Origin: a virus
Length of the DNA: 64,000 nt
IMG/VR virus record: IMGVR_UViG_3300046453_000063
Location: 64,001 to 128,000 of that record
Reading direction: 5' to 3' (one strand)
The translations under genes and the position numbers were made by a program. Below the pieces are notes generated by a model that searched no databases, was not told where the DNA came from, and saw only the letters and a list, made by a program, of their open reading frames with translations. How positions within the stretch are numbered: position 1 is the first letter of the stretch; the number at the start of each line of letters is the position of its first letter. Below, in pieces: positions 51,655 through 61,994 of this stretch.

Positions 51655-53940
51655 TTGAATCCTATTATTGAGTTGAAGTTAACGCCAGATCGAATGATGT
51701 ATCCCAAGAGAGAAGCAGATAATAAGGGAGATTTCAGAATCTATTCGTGTAAGACGGAAAGTCAAAATGTAATTCTCAATGATTACAACCGAGTTTCGAT
51801 AAAAGGAGTGATGCAGAGACTTGAAATTGGAGTTGAATATGACGCTCAAATTCAGTTAGAGAAAATCGATCCTCAGTATGGAGCAAGTTACAATGTGTTG
51901 TCTGTATACCAAGACATTCCAGAAACAATGGATGGTCAAAAGTCCTTTCTTGCAACAATGGTAACTGAACAACAACTGAAGGAAATTTATACCACCTATC
52001 CAGATGAAGATATTATTAAACTATTCGTTGATGATAAATTTGATTATAAAAAAGTGAAGAGTTTTGGACCAGTGGTATACCAACGAGTCAAAAATAGAAT
52101 CATTGAAAACATAGCATATAAAGAAATTTTAAGCAGACTTGGAAAGTATGGAATTACGTATGATGTTATTTTAAAGCTCGAAGAAGTGTTTAAAAGTAAA
52201 GAGTTAGCTATACAGAAAATTGAAGAGAATCCATACGAATTAACCAGGATTCACGGATATGGATTCAAGAAAGCAGATAAAATTGCAAAACTGATGGGTG
52301 TTGCTCACGATGATCCTAATCGAATCAAATACGGAATTAGATTTGCTATTGACGAGAACCAGCAAAGCGGACATACTTTTATGTACCGGGAAGAACTGCT
52401 GAGAAACGCGTCAGAAAAGTTGGAGTTAGAGATTGATCAAATACATAATCTGTTAGATGAGACTGATGAATTGAAATTTATTGATGATAAAGTGTCTTTA
52501 ATTAAAACATATAATGCGGAATTTTACATTGCAAAAAGATTGACTGAAATACTGAAGAATGGTGAACCATTAGATTTTGATCCAGAAGAGTTTATCAAAT
52601 ACATAGAGAATAAATATATTGATATTATACCTAAAGGATTGACACATCAACAAAAGGATTTCTTTAGAAACATACAAAAGAATTCGGTTAACTTGTTGGT
52701 GGGGTACGCAGGAACCGGAAAAAGTCAGATGCAAATGTTTCTAATTGAATTATTGGATTGGCTGGGTTTAACTTACACAATGGTATCTCCTTCGGCAAAG
52801 GCTGCTAAGGTTACAAAGAAATATACCGGATTTAATGCACTAACCACACATAGAAAGATTGGGTATGGTCGAGGTGGAAAAGACGAAGAACATCTATATG
52901 AGATTTATGAAGACTTCGTGATTATGGATGAATCAGGAATGACAGACGTATTTATTTTATCTTCGTTGCTGGCTAAAATTAAGAATCCTAAAACAAGACT
53001 GTTATTTGTAGGTGACGACTTTCAACTCCTCAGTATTCAGGCCGGGAACTTCCTTCATGATATAATCCAGTGCGGAACAATCCCTCTTACGAAGCTAGAT
53101 ATTGTATTTAGACAAGAAAAAGGTGGAATCCTAGACATTGCAACGAAGATCCGTCAAGGAAAACACTTTGTCAAAGACAGTTTTGTTAATGATAAGATAC
53201 TCTTTGGAGAAGATTTTCTTTTACATTGTGTAGATCAATGTAATATGGAATCTCACTATAAAGGATATTATAACGTATTAATGAAATTGTTTCCGCCTGA
53301 AGATATTATGGTTTTAACTCCAACAAAGAAAGGAAAACTTGGAACAGTTGAAATAAATAAATATATACAATCGGTTGTTAATCCAGATGATGGCGCGAAG
53401 AAGCAATACGAATATGGATATGAGAAAGAGAACATAATTCGAGTAAATGATTTTGTCATGAACACTGTTAATATGTACGACATTTCAAATATTGATGACG
53501 AAGGAACGGACGTGGTGAATGGCGATTCTGGAATTATAATTGATATTAAATTTGAAGATGAGAAAAGACCTGTGAATAAATACGATGTAGACGATGATGA
53601 TCAAATTAGAGAAAGTGAAAAGAAAGGGATTATTATTCAGTTTGATGATGCTGTAGTAAGATTGGATTTTGGGTTAGCGATGCAACTATTACATAGCTGG
53701 TGCTATACCATTCATAAGGCCCAAGGATCAGGGAGTGAGGCAACTTTATGCATATTGGATAAGTCCAATAAATATCAAGCATCTGCAAACTTAGTATATA
53801 CAGCAATAACGAGAAGTAAGAAAAAATGTATATTCTTGACTCAGGCCGAAACGCTGAATTTCGCTATTCGTAAAGTTGATAATATGAGAAGAAATACACA
53901 TCTATGTGATTTGTTAAAGGCTGCTGTGGGAAATGAGTAA
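51655..53940 (+). CDS. recD2: RecD2-like SF1B helicase
   Basis: NPYELTRIHGYGFKKAD, GYAGTGKS, MDESGM, VGDDFQL, TIHKAQGS, YTAITRSK. Confidence 0.93.
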   Translation: MNPIIELKLTPDRMMYPKREADNKGDFRIYSCKTESQNVILNDYNRVSIKGVMQRLEIGVEYDAQIQLEKIDPQYGASYNVLSVYQDIPETMDGQKSFLATMVTEQQLKEIYTTYPDEDIIKLFVDDKFDYKKVKSFGPVVYQRVKNRIIENIAYKEILSRLGKYGITYDVILKLEEVFKSKELAIQKIEENPYELTRIHGYGFKKADKIAKLMGVAHDDPNRIKYGIRFAIDENQQSGHTFMYREELLRNASEKLELEIDQIHNLLDETDELKFIDDKVSLIKTYNAEFYIAKRLTEILKNGEPLDFDPEEFIKYIENKYIDIIPKGLTHQQKDFFRNIQKNSVNLLVGYAGTGKSQMQMFLIELLDWLGLTYTMVSPSAKAAKVTKKYTGFNALTTHRKIGYGRGGKDEEHLYEIYEDFVIMDESGMTDVFILSSLLAKIKNPKTRLLFVGDDFQLLSIQAGNFLHDIIQCGTIPLTKLDIVFRQEKGGILDIATKIRQGKHFVKDSFVNDKILFGEDFLLHCVDQCNMESHYKGYYNVLMKLFPPEDIMVLTPTKKGKLGTVEINKYIQSVVNPDDGAKKQYEYGYEKENIIRVNDFVMNTVNMYDISNIDDEGTDVVNGDSGIIIDIKFEDEKRPVNKYDVDDDDQIRESEKKGIIIQFDDAVVRLDFGLAMQLLHSWCYTIHKAQGSGSEATLCILDKSNKYQASANLVYTAITRSKKKCIFLTQAETLNFAIRKVDNMRRNTHLCDLLKAAVGNE

Positions 53941-54607
53941 AGATAATACAAATAAGAAACAATACATAAAGATTAGAACAGATGTCGTGAGGGATGAAAA
54001 TATAACTGCTAATGATTTTGCAATAATCTTATATCTCAAATACATGACCTGGAAGACTGGTGGTAAATACAGGTTTGAGGTATTATTGTCTGAGTTAAAA
54101 AGTTTTCTCAATGTAGCTGATAATAAATCACTTAAGCCTATATACACAAGTCTTTATAATAACGAGTACATAATTGAACCTATGAAGCCACTGAAACCAA
54201 ATACACCTATACTTTTTGTTTTAAATAAAAATAAGTTTAATACTGATGATTTAAGTGGAGATGAATTTTTTACTCATCTCCCTATCAGTATTTTGTTTGG
54301 TCTTAAAGATGGGAAGATTGATAAGAAAGAAGTTAGAATATTGTATTATTTGAAAAGTTATATTAATTATACTGATTCAAAAAAGCATTTTTGTTATACG
54401 GGAATTGAGAAGACGATGACCAGAGAACTGAACATGAGCGAGAAGACAATACCCAAATACACAAAATCACTTGTCGATAAAAAATTAATAAATATAGAGA
54501 GACATGTTTTTAAAACTGAATACCAGTATGATGAAAATGGGAAGCTGCTATTTAACAAGTTCAACAATCACTATTATATCAATTATGAAAACATAGTTGA
54601 TCTATAG
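53933..54607 (+). CDS. Putative replication initiator (tandem winged-helix)
   Basis: Two wHTH-like repeats (ILYLKY.../ILYYLKSY..CY...ELNMSEKTIPKYTKSL); immediately followed by iterons. Confidence 0.62.
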   Translation: MSKDNTNKKQYIKIRTDVVRDENITANDFAIILYLKYMTWKTGGKYRFEVLLSELKSFLNVADNKSLKPIYTSLYNNEYIIEPMKPLKPNTPILFVLNKNKFNTDDLSGDEFFTHLPISILFGLKDGKIDKKEVRILYYLKSYINYTDSKKHFCYTGIEKTMTRELNMSEKTIPKYTKSLVDKKLINIERHVFKTEYQYDENGKLLFNKFNNHYYINYENIVDL

Positions 54608-54617
54608 AGAATTCCTC

Positions 54618-54714
54618 TACCCGTAATTTTTCCCACTACTAACCGTAATATCTCCCACATCCTACCGTAAAATATCCCTTATCTAACCGTAATTCATCCG
54701 GGAGAGATTACGGA
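54618..54714. repeat. Iteron array / putative replication origin
   Basis: CCGTAA-N4-5-TCC at 54621, 54643, 54665, 54687 (exact 22-bp period) plus inverted copy TTACGG at 54708. Confidence 0.78.
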
Positions 54715-55100
54715 CTAGTACTTATGTACTTAGATCTTTATATTTTAGATGTTTAGATACAGTATTTAGAAACACGCTGCGCTAGTTTCTGTGAGCTTGA
54801 CAACTGATTGAAAACGGAGAGATGAAAGATTAAAGAAAGATCAAAAGATAAAACCAACTTAAACGGTTGTTGTGTGTTTGGCATTAAAGTATTCAGTATT
54901 AATTTCATTATAAATTATGTATGATTTTATAATTATCATATGGGGATGAATAAATAGACAAGATGGATAGTTGAGATGTGAATTCAATATAAATTATAAA
55001 GGAATCTGAGTTTAAAATTGAAATTGAGTTGTGATGGAAAGTGTAACTTAAAACGTAAAGTGTGCGATAGATGAAAAATAAATTTGAATATTTATATGTG

Positions 55101-55134
55101 GGTAGTATCCAGGATATTGGATGCTACCTTTTTT
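55101..55134 (+). terminator. Intrinsic terminator
   Basis: GGTAGTATCCA/TGGATGCTACC stem plus TTTTTT. Confidence 0.75.
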
Positions 55135-56274
55135 ATGTTAATGTACCCCCTCCCCTGGAGATAAGATAATATGATGATAAATTTTAATCGTGAGTGAGAA
55201 ATGAGGTGAATGTAGTGTCGATTAGAATTAGAAAAATGATGATAATTTGAGGTTGGTGAGAGGTAAAAAGTGTAGACAGAATAAGGATATTCTTGTGTTT
55301 TGGATGTGCCGATATGAGTGTGGGTTGGTGATTCGATGGTAAGAGATGGATTGCGATATATAGGTTAATCGTAAAAGATGAGGAAATATAAGGGTTATTG
55401 AGGTGAAATGGGGGATAAATGTGGAAAATGAGGTGATTTTAGAGGAAATTAAGGGGAAAAAGTGTAGGAAATATAAGGGGTTTACGATTGAAATTACGAT
55501 TGAAATTAGGGTGAAAATTGGAGAATATAAATTATAAATTGGAAGAGGATGGGAAAATGAGAGGAGAGTAAATTGGGGAGTGAGAGGAGATAAAAAGTAA
55601 AAATTGAGTTGAGTGTAGGAGTGGAACAGATAGCGGACTATTTTCTATATTTACCAGTTATTGGGTTGTAAACTACCCCCGGTATCCCTTTATAGATAGC
55701 ACATAAGTATAGTTGTATGCTATCTAGCATGCATGATCAACCTTGACAACTCACCAGTTATATACTACTTATCTCGCTGGATTTTATTTAAAATTTTTAT
55801 TAAATTGACCATATTTTCATTTGAAATTTTCAACTCCAGACATAACATATATGATATCACTGTATATATCCAATATACACACTCACAGAATCGAACGATA
55901 ACGCGAAGTCTCTAAATTATGACATCACACTGTATCATTAGTATTATACTCTGTTATATAACACAGAAATATGCATGCACATGTATCACTTATCGGTGTA
56001 CTTGTCATACTGTTTAAGTATCTCACTATTCAATTGCACACAATCTAATTTATATCAATATAATTGTTATCTATTTAATTGTATCATCTATAGCTTCTTA
56101 TCTAATGATGGATGTTCCTCATCCGTAATAATACATTGTATACAATTAAATTTTAAAAAATTTAATTTACATAAATACAAATAGTCTTACAGTCCCACTT
56201 ACTCACTTTGATCACTATACCATAGACTGTACCTAAACTATAGCATATGATTCAACTCTAATACTCCAGTGATG

Positions 56275-56322
56275 TTTAATAAATAAATATATGTTGCAAT
56301 CATCTAATATCCATGCTATAAT
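56275..56322 (+). promoter_or_regulatory. Early sigma-A promoter with AT box
   Basis: TTTAATAAATAAATATATG-TTGCAA-17-(TG)TATAAT. Confidence 0.75.
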
Positions 56323-56375
56323 AAATATATAAAGTAAATGATACATATTAATCCTATCCCTTGGAGGTTATCCAC

Positions 56376-57014
56376 ATGTCAAACACTAAACTCACTGAAG
56401 CGTACGAGAAAGCAGCACTTGCCACTGACAAACAGAGATCCACTATTGAACGTCACCAGTCACAACTTGACAAGATGCTTGCAACTCTCACTTCTAAAGG
56501 TGTTGACATCAATGACCTTGAAACTGTCAAGTGGGCAAACACCGATAAGGATCTTTACTGGGACATCTGCAAGATTCAAGGTAAACATGATGACATCAAG
56601 AATGCACTCAAGAAACTTGCTAAATGTGAATCCATCCAATCCGGCTGGTCAGATAAACTTAACAAGGAGATTGAGAAGGCACAGCTGTTCTCAGAACTCC
56701 CAGCCATCATCCTAGAGTTTGCAGAGAGATACAGAGTACGCTGCATTGAATGGCTGCTAGAAGGTCCAGAAGGCTACACACAAGCCGAAGCAGAGAAGAA
56801 GGCAGAACAGTTTAAGAAGGATCTACTCACCACTCTAGTATATAGAGTATCATCCAAGGTTGGTAAAATCACAGACGCAAAAGGCTTAACAATTGGTATG
56901 AATGGTGAACTCAATGGTTTAGTTATTGGAGATAAAGATAGCGCAACCGTTACAACAATCCTAGCAGGTGGATATAATATCCAATGCTTACACTATAGAG
57001 TATTAGTAGGTTAA
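56376..57014 (+). CDS. Phage early protein of unknown function
   Basis: ATG behind GGAGG; coiled coil; C-terminal TILAGGYNIQCLHYRVLV. Confidence 0.7.
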   Translation: MSNTKLTEAYEKAALATDKQRSTIERHQSQLDKMLATLTSKGVDINDLETVKWANTDKDLYWDICKIQGKHDDIKNALKKLAKCESIQSGWSDKLNKEIEKAQLFSELPAIILEFAERYRVRCIEWLLEGPEGYTQAEAEKKAEQFKKDLLTTLVYRVSSKVGKITDAKGLTIGMNGELNGLVIGDKDSATVTTILAGGYNIQCLHYRVLVG

Positions 57015-57082
57015 TAACAAAAAGGCTCAGAGTGACACCTGAGCCTAAATATTCCTTTAACTTTGAAAGGTGGATACATATA

Positions 57083-57286
57083 ATGTTCAATAAAGCACTC
57101 AAGGCACTTCCTAGTAATGTTGGCTATGATCCAGGTGAACATACTACTGTTTCAGATTTAATCTATATTGTTCAACATGAATTAGATCTCATGAATGAAG
57201 AACCTGAACAATATGAATATCTATCTGCTGCAGAATTTAATAAACTAAAAAAGAAGTGTTTAAATTTTATTCAAAAATATAAATAA
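57083..57286 (+). CDS. Hypothetical protein
   Basis: ATG (MFNKAL) behind AAGGTGG; terminator follows. Confidence 0.55.
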   Translation: MFNKALKALPSNVGYDPGEHTTVSDLIYIVQHELDLMNEEPEQYEYLSAAEFNKLKKKCLNFIQKYK

Positions 57287-57310
57287 GCATAAATAAATAT
57301 AATTCACTCC

Positions 57311-57344
57311 AGAACTGTTATATCTCATAACGGTTCTTTTTTTT
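57311..57344 (+). terminator. Intrinsic terminator
   Basis: AGAACTGTTA/TAACGGTTCT stem plus T8. Confidence 0.75.
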
Positions 57345-57450
57345 ATTTCCCTCTCACACCTCACACAATCCATTCTAAGCCATTCCACTATATGGTATAA
57401 TAACCCTAACCTATCCTCATCATCTCTAATAAAGGATGTGCTTCCATTCC

Positions 57451-58272
57451 ATGTCTGACCCCAATCCATATCAACACATACCGTCTTACTCATCTAGAAT
57501 ATCTAAAGCAGCTCTAGACGCTGCACAGTATGCACAACAACAGGTTAACTCTCTTCAATCCTTACTAGGTGATACTGCTTATAGCATTGCCATGTCAACA
57601 GACGTTACTCATTTATTAAAAGATGCTGCCTATTATGCATCCGATGAAGCAGTCAAACAAATAGATTCATCAACTAAAGCACTATCCTCTATCTCAGCAG
57701 ATGTTATGAAAGAAGTCATTCGCTCCACACAAGGTATTATTAATGCACGTATTCCACAATCAGCAATCGATAGCATTGCTCTCATTAACACTGCTATAGA
57801 ATCTATCAAAGGTATTCAGTTTGACACTATTGCAGCAAAGCATATAACTGTTAACTACGAACAGTATAAGCCTGTAGCAGACGCACTAGAAGGCTTACAG
57901 CATGATAACAACATACCACTTGACTTTAATTCTATACCTGTTCAGGATTCATCTGATACTGTTACGGATAACATCAGTGAAGTAATCAAAGAACAAAAGC
58001 CAGTCAACGTAATAGCCATTATTAGTCTTATACTTTCTATCTATGGTTCTTATCTGGGAACATATACCAACTTTCTTAAGCCTAGCATAGCAGGCGAACA
58101 GTTACAGTTAGAAAAAGAGCAACTTGCACAATCAAAGTTAGATTATAATGAAGAGGTTAGACATAATAAGATAACAGAAGAACAGGGTAGACAAACATTG
58201 ATTTTTACGGGTAAAATGTATGATCTTTTGATTAACCTTACTAATACAGAAGCAGAAGTAACTGAAGAGTAG
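57451..58272 (+). CDS. Membrane-anchored hypothetical protein (stand-alone unit)
   Basis: Single TM (VIAIISLILSIYGSYLG); TGgTATAAT promoter upstream, terminator downstream. Confidence 0.6.
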   Translation: MSDPNPYQHIPSYSSRISKAALDAAQYAQQQVNSLQSLLGDTAYSIAMSTDVTHLLKDAAYYASDEAVKQIDSSTKALSSISADVMKEVIRSTQGIINARIPQSAIDSIALINTAIESIKGIQFDTIAAKHITVNYEQYKPVADALEGLQHDNNIPLDFNSIPVQDSSDTVTDNISEVIKEQKPVNVIAIISLILSIYGSYLGTYTNFLKPSIAGEQLQLEKEQLAQSKLDYNEEVRHNKITEEQGRQTLIFTGKMYDLLINLTNTEAEVTEE

Positions 58273-58328
58273 TAGTTTGCATGAAGCAGTCTATATGTTT
58301 AGACTGTTTCTTTGTATCATTTTAATCA

Positions 58329-58377
58329 TTTAATAAATAAATATAAGTAGACATTATAATATAATATATGCTATAAT
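58329..58377 (+). promoter_or_regulatory. Early promoter with AT box
   Basis: TTTAATAAATAAATATAAG-TAGACA-18-(TG)TATAAT. Confidence 0.7.
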
Positions 58378-58436
58378 AAGGTATAAGAGGTATTAACGGT
58401 TAACACATTCCAGCATCACAAAAGGGGATCATACAT

Positions 58437-58967
58437 ATGACAATTATCAACCATATCAACACTATCCAAGGTGTTACCACTAAAGACTCCAACATGTTTA
58501 ACCTTCACGAGCTGCACATTGACGGCGTTCATGTTGGTTATGTTCGTATGACCAATAGCAAAATTGAAATTATTCCTCATATCAACTTTACAGTTAATGC
58601 TGCTAAACCTATCTTTGTATCCTATGACGAGTTCCACAGTGTTGTTGATCAATATAGAGCAAAGGGTATCATCTCCTATAACCATTCTAACACTCCTGTA
58701 ACCGTCTCTAAGCCTTCGCAAACTAATATTAATCCACTCATTACAACTAACCTTATCGGCCTCACAGTGACAGGTGAAACGTATGGTATTGTCATCAACG
58801 AATATTCTGATTCATTCGGCAAAGATATTGTTATTGATTGGGAAGATGGCAGAACCACTCAAATAGACGTTAACAATATCACCGTTATTGACGATAACAC
58901 AGATATTCTTAATCCTGGTATCTTTATCGATCTCACAGGTGAATACTTGAGCAATATTTATATTTAA
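58437..58967 (+). CDS. Hypothetical early protein
   Basis: 176 aa, SD AAGGGG. Confidence 0.6.
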   Translation: MTIINHINTIQGVTTKDSNMFNLHELHIDGVHVGYVRMTNSKIEIIPHINFTVNAAKPIFVSYDEFHSVVDQYRAKGIISYNHSNTPVTVSKPSQTNINPLITTNLIGLTVTGETYGIVINEYSDSFGKDIVIDWEDGRTTQIDVNNITVIDDNTDILNPGIFIDLTGEYLSNIYI

Positions 58968-59010
58968 TAAATAAATATAAGTTGAAATACAAAAAATATC
59001 GTGCTATAAT
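58963..59010 (+). promoter_or_regulatory. Early promoter with AT box
   Basis: TTTAATAAATAAATATAAG-TTGAAA-17-(TG)TATAAT. Confidence 0.75.
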
Positions 59011-59053
59011 AAGATATAACCAAAAACGAGATACATAAAAGGAGCTGATAACA

Positions 59054-59389
59054 ATGATTACAGAAACTACTGGTCGCAACGAAATTCAAATGATGCAGAA
59101 TAAATATAATGCAGTCATCAGATGGGAAGAGCAGTTTGCAAATGAAATTGAAGAACTCAAAAAGATCGATGAAAATGACACTGAAGCGAATAGCGTTGCT
59201 CTTGAATTGCTCAAGACATGGGATGACCGCAGTAAAATTTCTGGTAAGCGTACAGCCTTGGTAACATCGAGCAATTCACGTAAAATTGATAAGCTTGAAT
59301 CAAAACTTAATTCCTTGGGCTACAACCTAAAGAAAACAGATTGGAACAACAATATTGCAATTACAAAATTGAAGTGTGTTATTGCCTGA
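59054..59389 (+). CDS. Hypothetical early protein
   Basis: 111 aa, SD AAGGAG. Confidence 0.65.
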   Translation: MITETTGRNEIQMMQNKYNAVIRWEEQFANEIEELKKIDENDTEANSVALELLKTWDDRSKISGKRTALVTSSNSRKIDKLESKLNSLGYNLKKTDWNNNIAITKLKCVIA

Positions 59390-59422
59390 AAATTAAACAA
59401 TAATGAAAGGAGGTGGGATAGG

Positions 59423-59578
59423 ATGATTCTTATTTATGTATCATTTCTTTTATACACCATTTATAGAATGACTAAGGAAGTGAGAAAGAAACAGTATAAA
59501 TGGGCGCTTGAATCTTTGGTGTTTGCATTTTTATTTGTAATTGAAATTGCAGCATGGATTATCTTAGAGATTAATTAA
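59423..59578 (+). CDS. Small two-TM membrane protein, 51 aa
   Basis: MILIYVSFLLYTIYRMTKEVRKKQYKWALESLVFAFLFVIEIAAWIILEIN; SD AAGGAGGTG; terminator ~59619-59643. Confidence 0.65.
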   Translation: MILIYVSFLLYTIYRMTKEVRKKQYKWALESLVFAFLFVIEIAAWIILEIN

Positions 59579-59703
59579 TACATAAATATTATGAATAAAT
59601 ATGAATAAAATATAAATTCAAGGAGAATCCCATTCTCCTTTTTATCATATATTCTCGCACCGACTCATTAACACAATAATAATCAAAAGGAGGTATTCAC
59701 AAA

Positions 59704-60918
59704 TTGACAATCAAAGTAGTTGATTCTATTATGGGTTCCTATAAAACGACAACGGCAATAGACATGATGAACCGCGACAGCAAACATAAGTATATATTCA
59801 TCACTCCATATCTTGATGAAGTGGACCGAGTAAAACAATCATGTTCAGGAAAAAGGTTTGTTGATCCAAAAAATTACGATTCAGAAGGACGCTTCACACA
59901 TAAACAAGATTCGTTTCATGAACTGCTTGCAAATGGTCACAATATTGTTTCTACTCATGCACTATTCAGGCAGTCCAATGAGGAGACAAGGGAGCTTATT
60001 CAGGCAGGAAATTATATTTTAATCCTTGATGAAGTAATGGATATTATCGAACACTTAGCAATTAAAAAATCTGACAAGGATCTGCTTTTTGATAACAACT
60101 TACTATTTGTTGATGAAGAAGGTTATATATGCTGGAACAATGCGAATCCAAAAGCATTAGAATATGATGGTAAATTTAATGATATAAAGAACATGGCTAA
60201 TAATAGAAATCTGCTGTTTTATCGTGACACAATTTTAATCTGGACGTTTCCACATAACATCTTTAAATCATTCAAGGAAACATACATACTTACATATAAA
60301 TTCAGTGGTCAGATTCAGAAGTATTATTATGACTTGAACAAAGTAGAGTATGAATATTTCAAAGTAAATAAAAATAATGATACATATTCATTTGTCAGAG
60401 GTAAGGCAGAAGACAAAGAAATCAGAACCAAACTCAAACCACTAATTAATATTTATGATGGCACACTGAACGATATAGGAAAAGACAAATACACACTTTC
60501 TAAGAGTTGGTACGAAAAGCGAAACCAATCACTAACACGACTAAAAAATAATGTTGCAAACTATTTCAAACATAAAATGAAAGCAAAGTCTAATCAAATT
60601 CTCTGGACAACATTCAAGGAATATCAGAGTAAAATTAGTTCACCTGGGAATCAGCGTTCATACATATCTTGTAATGTAAGGGCTACGAATCAGTACAGGG
60701 ATAGAATATACTTAGCTTACACGGTCAATAGATATATGAATCCAATCATTGAAGGGTTCTTCAACGAAAGAGGAATTGCTCTAAACCAGGAAGAGTGGGC
60801 AACGGGTGAATTAATCCAATGGATATGGAGAAGTGCAATCCGTGACAATAACGAAATTAATATTTATATTCCATCCGAGAGAATGAGGAATTTATTAATT
60901 AGTTGGCTGGATGAATAA
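59704..60918 (+). CDS. SF2 helicase-like protein (YonV-like)
   Basis: VVDSIMGSYKTT, FITPYLDE, LILDE, RATNQY, IQWIWRSAIR. Confidence 0.7.
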   Translation: MTIKVVDSIMGSYKTTTAIDMMNRDSKHKYIFITPYLDEVDRVKQSCSGKRFVDPKNYDSEGRFTHKQDSFHELLANGHNIVSTHALFRQSNEETRELIQAGNYILILDEVMDIIEHLAIKKSDKDLLFDNNLLFVDEEGYICWNNANPKALEYDGKFNDIKNMANNRNLLFYRDTILIWTFPHNIFKSFKETYILTYKFSGQIQKYYYDLNKVEYEYFKVNKNNDTYSFVRGKAEDKEIRTKLKPLINIYDGTLNDIGKDKYTLSKSWYEKRNQSLTRLKNNVANYFKHKMKAKSNQILWTTFKEYQSKISSPGNQRSYISCNVRATNQYRDRIYLAYTVNRYMNPIIEGFFNERGIALNQEEWATGELIQWIWRSAIRDNNEINIYIPSERMRNLLISWLDE

Positions 60919-61325
60919 GCAGGAATTTTTTATATTCCAAACACTCAAAAAAAGCCTTTATTATCAACGGTTTTATGAACAAAGTCTTAATAGGAAAATT
61001 GTAATAATAAATATATTTATAACTTTATTTTCATGCAATCCGTTCGCCTATTAGCCAAATTTTCAATTCAACCATATAAAGACAAGATCAAGAGCCGCCA
61101 CACAACTCGCAAACCCGGCGAGTTCTATGACGTACTACAGAACGCACAAGGCGCGTTCTTTCGTTCAATTGGAACACCTTAGCCGTCATTCCCACTCTGA
61201 CGGTTATTTTTCATACTCACACATAATATAATAAGTAAATATAAGTAGATTAATACAATTAAGTATGGTACACTATATATGTAACAAAGGTACTCAATAT
61301 ATCCATACATTAAGGAGCAATCAAC

Positions 61326-61529
61326 ATGCAAACTAAAACCATCAACCCTAATTTCCTTATCCCAGGCGAAACCTATCTCATCAATTACGGTACATTCTCC
61401 AAAGTTTCAACATTCCTTAACTCTTTTAATGGTATCAACTCTTTCTTTGACATTAATGGTCCCTTTAATTTCTCTGATTCTTTTATCAATTCAGGTAGAA
61501 TCACTATTGAACAGATTAACAACATTTAA
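61326..61529 (+). CDS. Hypothetical early protein
   Basis: 67 aa, SD AAGGAG, promoter at 61231-61274. Confidence 0.55.
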   Translation: MQTKTINPNFLIPGETYLINYGTFSKVSTFLNSFNGINSFFDINGPFNFSDSFINSGRITIEQINNI

Positions 61530-61557
61530 TAATAAAAATATAAAGGTGGTTACTATA

Positions 61558-61911
61558 ATGAAATCAATCCTATTCGCTCTTTTCATCTCTCTTTCTCTAT
61601 CTCTATCTCAATTCCCACTATCCTCAATCGACTCAACTCAGATCCAATCCGTTCCAGCCTCGACAACTCAATCCCATCAATACATATTCGAAGACTTCAC
61701 GATTGTTGACGTAACACCACAAGGCGAAATCTATGGCGAACTAATCACAGGCAAAGGTGAAGGGATCTTGCTTCTACAGTCTCAATTATCATCTATTCTA
61801 GATGCACCGACTAAATTAGTTGTTGGTGATGAGATTGAAATTGCTTGGACTATTCAAGATTATCAAGATGAGAATTGGGAGAATATTCATTCGATTGAGT
61901 TTTTGAATTAG
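61558..61911 (+). CDS. Secreted/membrane-anchored OB-fold-like hypothetical protein
   Basis: ATG (MKSILFAL) behind AAGGTGG; hydrophobic N-terminus; LVVGDEIEI. Confidence 0.55.
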   Translation: MKSILFALFISLSLSLSQFPLSSIDSTQIQSVPASTTQSHQYIFEDFTIVDVTPQGEIYGELITGKGEGILLLQSQLSSILDAPTKLVVGDEIEIAWTIQDYQDENWENIHSIEFLN

Positions 61912-61994
61912 GGTTAATGAGTAAATATATGTTGTAATTGTGTTGTCTCCCGTGATATACTGTATTCAAGAGATAAAACAAGGAGGCAATACAA

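Noticed and set aside
54618-54714. Regularly spaced repeats as a CRISPR array
   Set aside because: 22-bp total period with degenerate ~14-bp units; no room for spacers and no cas genes
55733-56184. Two + strand ORFs in the skew-switch region
   Set aside because: No SD, low-complexity composition; likely non-coding
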